NCBI GenBank assembly: GCA_041661305.1 | Contig: JBAZUR010000001.1 | Coordinates: 313,986-377,985 of the forward strand | From: Minisyncoccota bacterium | Lineage (GTDB): Bacteria; Patescibacteriota; Minisyncoccia; Phycocordibacterales; VMEP01 | Direction: 5' to 3' | DNA length: 64,000 bases | Part shown: positions 35,344-44,900 of the stretch, in pieces | Position numbering within the stretch: position 1 is the first letter of the stretch | Layout of the letters: each line of letters begins with the position of its first letter | The notes under the pieces: generated by a model | What the model saw: only the letters and a program-made list of their open reading frames with translations | Told to the model about the DNA's origin: nothing | Databases searched by the model: none | Made by a program: the position numbers and the translations under genes

Positions 35344-35691
35344 TTAATTTTTATCAGAACTGCTAAAAATTTTAGAAAAAATAAGCAATAATTCGTGGGA
35401 TTCTTTCCAAAGATTCTTACACTCATTAATCTTATCACTATTAGCTTTAGATATCATTCTAATCCAATATTTTGTCTCGTTAGCTTCTTTCCTGCAAATA
35501 CCCACCTTATTCCTAAAATCTTTTTTGGAACTTGCTTGATTTGCTTCCATGTAGTTGGCACCAATACTTGTAGCAGACCTAACAATCTGGTTAACAAATA
35601 TCTTGTTTACTTCATTCTTTGTTAAAGAATTAACGAAATCTATAATTTTTTCTCCAAATTTCGCAGTTCTCTCCTCAAGATCGTAATTCAT
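35344..35691 (-). CDS. four-helix-bundle protein (TIGR02436 / 23S-IVS protein family, Avd-like), second copy
   Basis: YDLEERTAKFGEKIIDF ... VNQIVRSATSIGANYMEANQASSKKDFRNKVGICRKEANETKYWIRM matches the family signature. Confidence 0.7.
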   Translation of the reverse strand: MNYDLEERTAKFGEKIIDFVNSLTKNEVNKIFVNQIVRSATSIGANYMEANQASSKKDFRNKVGICRKEANETKYWIRMISKANSDKINECKNLWKESHELLLIFSKIFSSSDKN

Positions 35692-35740
35692 TTCGTTACC
35701 TTAATACATTATTTTGAAATTAAAAATTTGAAATTTAAAA

Positions 35741-36784
35741 TTATACTATGTATGACGCCGCTTTAATTACGTGCTCAATAAGTGTTTTGGTATATCCCAT
35801 CTCGTTGTCATACCAAGCAAGAACCTTCACTAAATTTCCATCAACAACTTTAGTAAACGACAAATCAGCAATTGATGCGCGGGTATCGCCAATAATGTCA
35901 GCGGAAACAAGTGGCTCTTCTGTTATTGCGAAAATTCCTTTCCATCTCAACTCTTGCGCACCCTTTTTTAGTACTTCGTTTACCTCTTCAACAGTTGTCT
36001 CTCGTTTTGAGATAAAAGTAATATCAACTAAAGAACCCGCAACCACAGGGACTCTGATAGCAATACCATCAAATTTTCCACTTAAACCTTTAATCGCTTT
36101 TGTCACCGCAACAGCCGCGCCGGTCGTTGAAGGAATAATATTTTGCGCGCCAGCGCGACCACGACGAAAATCTTTTACATCTGGTAAATCAACAATACTT
36201 TGTGTTGCCGTGTAAGCATGCACTGTGTTTAAAACTGCTTTTTCTATTCCGATTGCATCATCTAAAATTTGCATAACCGGACCACCGGCGTTTGTGGTGC
36301 ATGAAGCATTTGAACTTACTTTGCAGGTTGATAACTCAACTTCGTTTACCCCCATAAGTACCGTTGCTCCATTTGGACCATTCTCTTCGCCATCTTTTGC
36401 TGGAGCAGAAATAACAACGCGCTTCGCGCCAGCATCAATATGCATTTTCGCTTTATCAAAGCTTTCAAATACTCCAGTTGATTCAACAACAACATCTATA
36501 TTTAAATTTCCCCACGGAAGTTTGGCTGGTTCACGCTCTGCGAGTAATAGAATTTCTTTGCTTCCAATCTTTAAATATTTCTCACTTCCTTTTTCTACGA
36601 TTTCAATCAATGTTCGCCCGCGACCATAAACAGTATCGTAACGCAAAAGATATGCGAGATTTTCCGCATCCCCTAAATCATTTATCGCAACAATAGTCAT
36701 CCGCGAGTCATTAAGTGCCAACTTCAAAAAGGCTCGCCCAATTCTCCCAAAACCATTTATCGCTACTCGTACATTTTTATCCAT
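35741..36784 (-). CDS. gap: glyceraldehyde-3-phosphate dehydrogenase, type I
   Basis: VAINGFGRIGR. Catalytic SNASCTTN. 347 aa. Confidence 0.9.
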   Translation of the reverse strand: MDKNVRVAINGFGRIGRAFLKLALNDSRMTIVAINDLGDAENLAYLLRYDTVYGRGRTLIEIVEKGSEKYLKIGSKEILLLAEREPAKLPWGNLNIDVVVESTGVFESFDKAKMHIDAGAKRVVISAPAKDGEENGPNGATVLMGVNEVELSTCKVSSNASCTTNAGGPVMQILDDAIGIEKAVLNTVHAYTATQSIVDLPDVKDFRRGRAGAQNIIPSTTGAAVAVTKAIKGLSGKFDGIAIRVPVVAGSLVDITFISKRETTVEEVNEVLKKGAQELRWKGIFAITEEPLVSADIIGDTRASIADLSFTKVVDGNLVKVLAWYDNEMGYTKTLIEHVIKAASYIV

Positions 36785-36794
36785 ATTGTTCTAT

Positions 36795-36802
36795 ATTATA
36801 CA
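36795..36802 (-). promoter_or_regulatory. extended -10 element (TGTATAAT) immediately upstream of gap; implies a leaderless or very short-leader transcript
   Basis: Minus-strand TTTTGTATAATATAGAACAATATG, with the -10 only about 10 nt from the ATG. Confidence 0.3.
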
Positions 36803-36895
36803 AAATTGCACACAAAATAAGAAGCAAATAAGGTGAATTTACTAGGTTTAATTTTACCTAAACAATATTCCATTTAATCTGTTATTTTTATTTAC

Positions 36896-36947
36896 CCCAT
36901 ACGTACACTATAATCTTGCTATAGCAAGATTATAGTGTACGTATGGG
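36896..36947. promoter_or_regulatory. perfect 52-nt palindrome (candidate operator; contains divergent TATAAT boxes)
   Basis: CCCATACGTACACTATAATCTTGCTATAGCAAGATTATAGTGTACGTATGGG is its own reverse complement. Lies between the PaaX-like gene 3' end and the gap operon start. Confidence 0.6.
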
Positions 36948-37010
36948 TCTGTATTTAATTTATTTAACTTACTCAATTATCATTGACTACTTATCTGATT
37001 AACTAAAAAG

Positions 37011-37589
37011 TTAGCTTAATCCAAATTTTTCTTTCAAACTTTCGTCTTGTTCAATCTTGTCTACTATCATATAGAGCACTTCCCTACCTATCTTAAAATC
37101 GGCTTTCATTAAAACTATTAAATCTTCACAATCATACGGATACACCCAAACACTATCTTGAAGTTTAGTGAATCCAAAACCAATCAAAGTAAGTCGTAGT
37201 TTTTCACGTAAGGATTTTTTATTTTCTTTTAGATCGTAAATTATTACGCGCCATTTGCCATCCCATCGCTTTGGTTTAACAATCAAACCTTTGTCGTATT
37301 GTTTGTATAAATGATGTTCCCCTGCTGGTGTTAAACAAACAAAAGTTCCTCTATCTGTTTTTTCAAAACGAACCAAACCGCCCTTAATTAGACTGTCTAT
37401 TGTTCTATTAACACGGTAATTTGTATTCTTTTTAATAACACCTAATTTATAGAGAGTGCCAACCGCGTTTGGTGCAAGTAAGGCCACACTTAATAACCCA
37501 GCACCTTTTATTGTATTTAAGACAATTTTTTGTATATTTTCTTTGCGACTTCTTTTCTTTGATTTTTCTTCAAGTTTTCCCATATACAA
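37011..37589 (-). CDS. PaaX-like transcriptional regulator (N-terminal winged helix plus Cas2-like C-terminal domain)
   Basis: N-terminus AGLLSVALLAPNAVGTLYKLGV...NYRVNRTIDSLIKGGLVRFEKTDRGTFVCLTPAG resembles PaaX_N. C-terminus RVIIYDLKENKKSLREKLRLTLIGFGFTKLQDSVWVY resembles the PaaX_C/Cas2-like fold. Confidence 0.5.
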   Translation of the reverse strand: MYMGKLEEKSKKRSRKENIQKIVLNTIKGAGLLSVALLAPNAVGTLYKLGVIKKNTNYRVNRTIDSLIKGGLVRFEKTDRGTFVCLTPAGEHHLYKQYDKGLIVKPKRWDGKWRVIIYDLKENKKSLREKLRLTLIGFGFTKLQDSVWVYPYDCEDLIVLMKADFKIGREVLYMIVDKIEQDESLKEKFGLS

Positions 37590-37631
37590 CTTTCTTTTCT
37601 ATAAGTATTTAAAAATTTACAGATAAATTAT

Positions 37632-37667
37632 TACACTATAATATTGCTATAGCAAGATTATAGTGTA
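37632..37667. promoter_or_regulatory. second, shorter copy of the same palindrome (1 mismatch) upstream of the PaaX-like gene
   Basis: TACACTATAATATTGCTATAGCAAGATTATAGTGTA, 43 nt upstream of the regulator start codon. Contains TATAAT. Confidence 0.55.
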
Positions 37668-37722
37668 CGTGTAGGAAAAGAAATATTGCAACTTTCCTTT
37701 TGGAGGCTTCGCCTCCAAGTGA

Positions 37723-39807
37723 CTAACGGCCCATATTGTAGAGTTGCTTAACTTCTGTGTCAGATAACACTCTATTGTAAAGTCTATAATCATCCATTAC
37801 CCCATCAAACCACCCTGGAGAATCCATCTGACAACAATCAGCAACAAATCTACCAAGTGTAAATTTATGAGAACCACCACTTGGGCTATATCCAGTGGTT
37901 GTTGTTTTTACCAATACTCCATTTTCATATAACTTATTCACCCCAGTTACTCCATCTCTAGTAAAAGATACGAGCAACCACCTACCGGCAACTGCGGTAT
38001 TGGGAGAATCCGCAAACCCGTTTGCGTAAATGTTATAACTTAATTTACCAAGATGAAAACCTATTAATCCTGTGCTCCACCCAACACTCTCGTTCATATT
38101 ATGAATAATTGTTCCACCAACCACTCTTGGTTTTACCCACACTGAAACCGAAAATGTGGCTGAGGCTTGCCCCAAAAAAGCCATTGCTGGAGTATTTAAA
38201 TATGTACTAACACCATTAAACTTAAGTCCTTGTCCGAGCTTTCCAGTGGCAGGACTAGACGTAGTACTGAAAGAAACTAAAGTAGCGTTGTTCCCCTGCC
38301 CACTCCTGTCGTAAGCAGTGTTTGAGCCCCAACTTATATCACCTCCGTTTAAACTAAAAACATAAACCAATCCATTATTTAAAAAATTATTAGTTGAAGC
38401 ATTTACTTGAGTCGCGTTTTGTTTATATAGTTGCTGAATTTCAGTTGCCGAAAGAGCGCGGTTGTATACACGTAATTCGTCAACTAAACCGTTGAAAAAT
38501 TCACTTGTTGCTGCGTTATACGCACGAGTTCCTATTGCCCAATTATTATTAGCACAAGTTGTCGTGGTGTTTACAGAAGTACCAACAGAAACACCGTTTA
38601 CAAAACCCTCCATTCCAGACGCACTATAAACCACGGCTACGTGTTGCCATTGATTAGCGACAATTGTTCCACCTAACGCATGATCATTTGTGGAATTTCG
38701 CCCACGTAACCCTGAACCAAAAATAACTATCCCATAATTAAAGCAACTACCACTTGCCCCCTTAGAGAAGATTGTGCCTTGTCCAACAACAGTATTTGGT
38801 TTTATCCACGCACTTAATGTCACATTGCCAGCCGTGCCAACATTAGGCAAAGCCGAGCCATTACCACTAAGATAAGTAGCGCCATTTAAGTTGACAGCCT
38901 TACCATTCTTACCCGCTACCCAAACCAAACTACTGGACGTTGTTGCCGCAGTATTTCCACTTCCACTCATATCATTTGCTTTAGAACCAGCGCCGTCGTT
39001 AAAAGGCCAATAACCAACCAATCCACTATTGCTTACAACTTTTGTTTGGGCCGAGCCAAATTGATAAAGAGTTTTTATTTCTGATGCAGATAAGGCTCGA
39101 CTGTAAATTCTGACGTCATCAATAGAGCCGTTAAAATATCTTGACAAGCCTGCGTCTTTCCCAATGTTAAGCTCATTAGTATCAGTGGTATTAATAATTC
39201 CACCGGGAACAGCGGTATTACACTGAGTACCGTTAATGTATGCTGTTAAATTTGTGCCATTCCATGTAAGTGTGTACAAATTCCAGTTAGTTATTGGAAC
39301 TGAGGGTGTGCAGGTTACTGCCACCCAGCCAGTAGTGTATATATAAAAATTAACAGAGGTAAGATTTTGAGCCGGATGTATTATGTACACATTTCTTTTA
39401 CTTACAATAAAACCATAATCATTCCAAGTACCAGTGGCGCTTTTTGCCCATGCGGATACTGTTAAATTAATCGGATTTAGCGAGCTACTGTTGGCAACCC
39501 TTATATATGAACTGGAACCGTTAAAACTGAGGGCTTTACCGATTTTACCAGACGTCCATAATGGAGTACTCATAAACGTTCCCGTATTTCCATTCCCACT
39601 CATATCGTTAGCTTTTGTTCCAGCTCCATCATTAAGTGGCCAGTACCCGACAAGGCCACTATTACCTACAGATTTAACAGTTGCTGCAGAAGTGATAGAA
39701 AAATAAAAAGAAAAAAATAAAAACGCAAACACAAAAAATATCCCCTTTTTGGAGGTTGAGCCTCCAAAATTACAGTTTTTGTTTTTTTGTATGGAAAGAT
39801 TTTTCAT
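37723..39807 (-). CDS. secreted multi-domain LamG (Laminin_G_3 / concanavalin-like lectin) protein, paralog 1 (694 aa)
   Basis: N-terminal NFGGSTSKK motif plus TM/signal. Repeated units GLVGYWPLNDGAGTKANDMSGNGNT...SAW...DDVRIYSRALSASEI. Ends QLYNMGR. Confidence 0.75.
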   Translation of the reverse strand: MKNLSIQKNKNCNFGGSTSKKGIFFVFAFLFFSFYFSITSAATVKSVGNSGLVGYWPLNDGAGTKANDMSGNGNTGTFMSTPLWTSGKIGKALSFNGSSSYIRVANSSSLNPINLTVSAWAKSATGTWNDYGFIVSKRNVYIIHPAQNLTSVNFYIYTTGWVAVTCTPSVPITNWNLYTLTWNGTNLTAYINGTQCNTAVPGGIINTTDTNELNIGKDAGLSRYFNGSIDDVRIYSRALSASEIKTLYQFGSAQTKVVSNSGLVGYWPFNDGAGSKANDMSGSGNTAATTSSSLVWVAGKNGKAVNLNGATYLSGNGSALPNVGTAGNVTLSAWIKPNTVVGQGTIFSKGASGSCFNYGIVIFGSGLRGRNSTNDHALGGTIVANQWQHVAVVYSASGMEGFVNGVSVGTSVNTTTTCANNNWAIGTRAYNAATSEFFNGLVDELRVYNRALSATEIQQLYKQNATQVNASTNNFLNNGLVYVFSLNGGDISWGSNTAYDRSGQGNNATLVSFSTTSSPATGKLGQGLKFNGVSTYLNTPAMAFLGQASATFSVSVWVKPRVVGGTIIHNMNESVGWSTGLIGFHLGKLSYNIYANGFADSPNTAVAGRWLLVSFTRDGVTGVNKLYENGVLVKTTTTGYSPSGGSHKFTLGRFVADCCQMDSPGWFDGVMDDYRLYNRVLSDTEVKQLYNMGR

Positions 39808-39815
39808 AAAATTTT

Positions 39816-41906
39816 CTAACGGCCCATGTTGTAGAGCTGTTTAAGTTCTGTTGCCGACAGCGCACGATTGTAAATTCGAACATCGTCAATTAAGCCAGAA
39901 AAATAATCTGGAAGATCCCACCTTTTGCCAATATTAATACCCGTACCGCTTGACTGTGGTGTTATCGGAGCATAAACAGATGTGGTGCTCGCGCCGTTTA
40001 TGTATAGGGTTAATATATTGTTATCAAAAGTAATAGAAACGTGAGTCCACTTATTTATTGGCAGTGTTGATGCTCCTGTCTGATACCATCCGGCATTATA
40101 TATACCTCCATAGACATTAGTTGTACCTGAGGTAAATGCAATTACGTAATTTACATAACTAGGATATTGGTCAGAAACAACGGCTGAATAACCTGTTTGA
40201 TTCCCACTTGGGTTTACCCACGCCGCCACTGTAAATTTCGGAAGACTTATTGGAGCTGTTGTAATATATTGACCATTTCCATTGAACTTCATCCCTTGCC
40301 CAATTTTTCCAATAACAGGAGATGATGTGGTGCTCATACCAACTAAAGTCCCATCATTTCCATTTCCGCTTCTATCAAGAGCCTTGTTGGTTCTCCAATT
40401 CATATCCTTACCATCAAAAGACCACAACCCTACAAGCCCGCGAGTAAGCACATTATTTCTAGACGCATTTAAAATACTCTGACCGCCAGATTTATATAAA
40501 TCTAAAATTTCAGAGACAGCTAAAGCACGGTTATAAATACGAAAATCATCCAACTTCCCAGCAAACGGGTATTGCACTCCACCACGCATCCCCATATAAA
40601 AAGCGTCATTACCAAAATTATTCGTATTATTGTTGTTGTGTACTGCGTATGTTGCCGGCGTTTGTAAAACTCCGTCTATATAAAAACTAACTTCGTTGGT
40701 TGCCTTACTTTTATCTAAAATCGCGACATAATGATGCCAAACCCCAGCCGACGGGCGATTGTAGTATGGAATTGAATAGCCAACATTTCCCCTTAACCCA
40801 ACTGCAAAGTATCCAGTATTATCATCTGGTCCAATAACCCACCCCGTGGTACTAACATTAAAATTTGGACTAGTTTCAGCGACAATACTAATACTATTAT
40901 GGAACGAACTTTTATACATCCACCAAGAAACCGAGACAACATTTGTTCCACTTGAGTCGATTGATGGAACACTTACATAATTATTTGTCCCATTAAAATT
41001 TAGTGCATTTCCCAATTTACCAGTCGCCCATGTGAAGCTATTTACAAGAGAACCGTTATTTTTATTTCCAGAAGAATCCCCCATTTGAGTTCCTGTTCCT
41101 TCGTTCATCGGCCAATATCCCACCAAGCCACTTTTCCCAGAAACAGCGGACTTAATTAACACAGCCCCCCCTGCTTTATATAAATCTGAAATTTCAGAGG
41201 CCGATAATGCGCGATTATAGATACGTACTTCGTCAATCACCCCTTTAAATGGGTATCCAGTAGAAGAAAAACTTCCGATTTCAATACCACCACCAGAAAT
41301 ATTTATACTTCCTGTTGCCGCACAAGTTTGTTTCAAAACCCCATCGACATACACTCTCATATTTGTTCCGTCGTATGTTGATACCGCATGATGCCATACA
41401 CCTTCAGACGGTTCTGTTGTCGCACAATCTTGCATAGCAGGATGTTCTATTCTCATCTTTAACCCGCCTTCAATAAACATCGAATAAGAGGTGTTCACTG
41501 TTGCTTTGTGAACCAGCCATTTGTTTGTACCACTGCCAACATCTTTTTTATACCAAGCAGAGAGTGTAATACTACTAGTAATATCAAAAATTGGTTTGTT
41601 GGGAACAGACACAGAACTATTTACACCGCCGAAATAAAGAGCCTTACCAAAACGTCCTTGTGTCCATGTTGCGTTCGAGACGGTTCCTGTATTTCCATTG
41701 CCTGAAATATCGCCTGTTTTAGTCCCTACACCATCATTAAAATTCCAATACCCCACCAATCCACTTTTACCAACATTTTTTATTGATGCAGAAAAAGTTA
41801 CAAGTGGCACAGATATAAAAAACAAAACCAAACACGCAACCAGAATTTTGGAGGCTTCGCCTCCAAAATTCTGGTTTATGTTTTTTTGTGTATAAGTGTT
41901 TTTCAT
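39816..41906 (-). CDS. secreted multi-domain LamG (Laminin_G_3) protein, paralog 2 (696 aa)
   Basis: Same architecture: NFGGEASKI N-terminus, three GLVGYW...RIYNRALS units, QLYNMGR end. 8-nt gap to paralog 1. Confidence 0.75.
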   Translation of the reverse strand: MKNTYTQKNINQNFGGEASKILVACLVLFFISVPLVTFSASIKNVGKSGLVGYWNFNDGVGTKTGDISGNGNTGTVSNATWTQGRFGKALYFGGVNSSVSVPNKPIFDITSSITLSAWYKKDVGSGTNKWLVHKATVNTSYSMFIEGGLKMRIEHPAMQDCATTEPSEGVWHHAVSTYDGTNMRVYVDGVLKQTCAATGSINISGGGIEIGSFSSTGYPFKGVIDEVRIYNRALSASEISDLYKAGGAVLIKSAVSGKSGLVGYWPMNEGTGTQMGDSSGNKNNGSLVNSFTWATGKLGNALNFNGTNNYVSVPSIDSSGTNVVSVSWWMYKSSFHNSISIVAETSPNFNVSTTGWVIGPDDNTGYFAVGLRGNVGYSIPYYNRPSAGVWHHYVAILDKSKATNEVSFYIDGVLQTPATYAVHNNNNTNNFGNDAFYMGMRGGVQYPFAGKLDDFRIYNRALAVSEILDLYKSGGQSILNASRNNVLTRGLVGLWSFDGKDMNWRTNKALDRSGNGNDGTLVGMSTTSSPVIGKIGQGMKFNGNGQYITTAPISLPKFTVAAWVNPSGNQTGYSAVVSDQYPSYVNYVIAFTSGTTNVYGGIYNAGWYQTGASTLPINKWTHVSITFDNNILTLYINGASTTSVYAPITPQSSGTGINIGKRWDLPDYFSGLIDDVRIYNRALSATELKQLYNMGR

Positions 41907-41914
41907 AAAATTTT

Positions 41915-44900
41915 CTAACGTCCTGAATTATACAATTGTTTTACTTCTGTCGCTGAAAGAGCCCGATTGTAATCACGAACGTCATCAATCTTCCCTTTAA
42001 ACAATCTGAAATTGTTAGCACCGCCAATACTAAAGCCCCCGCCAGAGCCCATAACGCCAGGCACGTTTGCGGTGCCGATTTGTACACCATCCAAGTACAC
42101 CCGGAGTGTAGTTTGGTCATATGTAAAGCCGAGGTGCATCCATGTATTTATTTTAATCCCCGCATTTGAGATGCTCACCCATTGTGGAGTATTAAATAAA
42201 TATCCATAGATGTTCACTGTGCCGTTACCAATCTCGAATAAGAAATTCCCAGCAATCATTGCTATCTCACACGTGTTCGGAGACGACCCAGGACACGTCC
42301 CTAGAAAATACGGGTTGACCCAAGCGAAAACGCTGGCTGAACCGTTTGCAGGAGATCCGCTGATCGAGACGTAGCTATCACCGTTTAAATTAAGCCCTTG
42401 TCCAATCTTCCCAACGACAGGAGAAGAACTAGTGCTCATCCCGACAAGTGTTCCATCATTTCCATTTCCACTCCTATCAAGTGCTTTATTGGTGCCCCAA
42501 TTCACATCTTTGCCATTAAAAGACCAAAGTCCAACAAGACCGTTTGTTAAAAAATTATTTTGAGACGTGTTTACTTGCGTTGCATTTTGTTTATACAGTT
42601 GTTGGATTTCAGCTACAGAAAGTGCACGGTTATAGATACGCAAATCATCCATTATTCCGTTAAAATAGCTACCAGAATAAAGCCCAATATTAAGTGCGTT
42701 GCCAGCCACTATTGAATTGCTTTGAGTAGAGCTGTCGTGTAATACACCATTAACGTAAATTTTAAAGTTGTTTGCCCCAGCATTTTTATCATAAGTTCCA
42801 ACAACGTGATACCACTGATTTGTGTTAAGTACACCTGAGTCCACAGTAACAATTCCTGTCGTGGCTAAAACAAGTTGAAATCTCAAAATATTGGAGCTTG
42901 GCCAAACATAAATCCCATATGAACTTTTATCCACGATTGCACGCCAAGAAGCTGTTGGGTGCCAATCGGGAGATTTTACCCAAACAGAAATAGTAATTGT
43001 GTCGCTAAGATTTAAACTTGAACTAGATCCTGCTGTTGCATAATTAGTGGACCCATTAAAATTTAGCGCCTTTCCTAATTTTCCTGTTATCCACGAAGGG
43101 CTTCCTACAAGTGTCGCGGTATTTCCATTACCAGAAATATCTCCCGCTTTAGCTCCAGCCCCATCATTGAAATTCCAGTAGCCGACGAGACCTGATTTAG
43201 GTGGTGTTTTTATTGTCGTCTTCGGTGCGATTGATTGTAGAGAAAAATATTCTGTATTTTTTGTCATACCAGTAAGCTGTGCGTCGGTCAAAGCCCTAGG
43301 CCATATTTTTACATTTTTAACATTAATACTTTGATTAGCGTCTACTGTGCCGGAATTGGCAATATAAATATAAGATGGAGAACCAGCCCAATTTAAAGTT
43401 TTAGCATTTCCGGAAACAGCATCGGCACTCTTTGCCCCATTTTTAAAAGAAGAAAATGTTGTAAGATTATTCGCCAGACGCAACGCAATTTTTGTTGGAG
43501 TATTGTATGTAATTGAAAATGGGTTTGATGCCACATCCCAAACTGTCCCAAAATCAACAAGAAGCGAGAGGTTTGTTCCGCTATATCCACCAAAATTTAT
43601 CATTGAATTGCTAGCATATGAACCAATTTGAATCGGCGACTTGCTTGGGTAAGAATCCCCATTGTTATTTTTTCTATTCATTTCTAAATAAAGAGAAAAC
43701 GCTCGTTCTCCTATATTTCCAGACGTAGGATATGCAAGTAAGTCTCCCGACCTAGCTACTGAAGCTGACGTCGTTGGAATATAAGATGATTCAAATGGAG
43801 CAGATTCAATTTGAGCACCCCATACATAAATTCCAGAAGAACCATCGCCTAAATATGCGTCGGTGCTTACGTGAGTATCATCAACAGGACCAAAAACAAC
43901 TGAAGTACTGTGAGAAGAAGGAATATCAAAACTACATCTATACCAACCATTACCAACACTTTGTATTGTTGGATTTAAATTTCCTGTCGCAGTAACAGTT
44001 GAAAGATTAAATGTTTGTTGTCCAGTATCGCCTCCGGCCCAAGACCAACCGCGTGCCTTCGTCCTACCAGCAGATTTCACATACACGGAAAAACGACGCA
44101 AAGTCCCAGCCGACGAAGCAATACTTTGCCCGCGACGATGTAGTGTTGTGTCTGCTGTTTCTACTAATTTTTCTGCCGTCATTGTTCCATTTGGCGCAAC
44201 AACATTGTCTACAGAAACTGTTAACCCTTCAGCGTTATTACTCCACGCCGCGTTATCAAACTGTTCAGAATACAAAGCTAAATTTGTTCGCGCACCTTCT
44301 GCTAAATAACCACGCAAAGTATTTGTAGAAATTTTTGCACCAGTATTAGCGGTCACAACATTAGACAAAACTGTATTTCCATTTTGTCTATCAAAATATT
44401 TCACGCCATCAACATTTGCTCCATGGTATGGCGAGGAAAGCACTCCTTTAGAAACATAATCGGACGGATTTTGGTTTGATTGCCCAGTAACATTTTCGGC
44501 TTGAGCTCCCCACACATACGCCGTGGCACCGGCACCATTAGCTACATTCTCATCAATATAGATATAAAAATAATGATTATTACCAGAAACCAGGTTCGTA
44601 GCTGTTACAGAAAAACGTTGCCACGACGTGGACAGTGTCACTTGCTGACCAATGCGGGTGGCGCCAGCGCTGGTATCATAGATAAGAAGCTTCGCGTTTG
44701 TCGCAGTTCCCCCTTTAATCCACACGCTATATGTTACTGCTGTGCCATTAACAGCACCAGCATTCTGCACAACGCGCTGTCCACCAACCCCGGATGTAGT
44801 AAATAAATCTGCGGTATTTGTTCCAATAGGAGATGTTGTTTGATTTGCGGTAACAGTGAGCGATACAGGAGTCCAGGAAGTACTAAAATCTTCCGTAGAA

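Noticed and set aside
34439-35691. Diversity-generating retroelement (Avd-like proteins present)
   Set aside because: No reverse transcriptase ORF and no template/variable repeat pair with A-specific mismatches in the window. The LamG paralog differences are of all substitution types.
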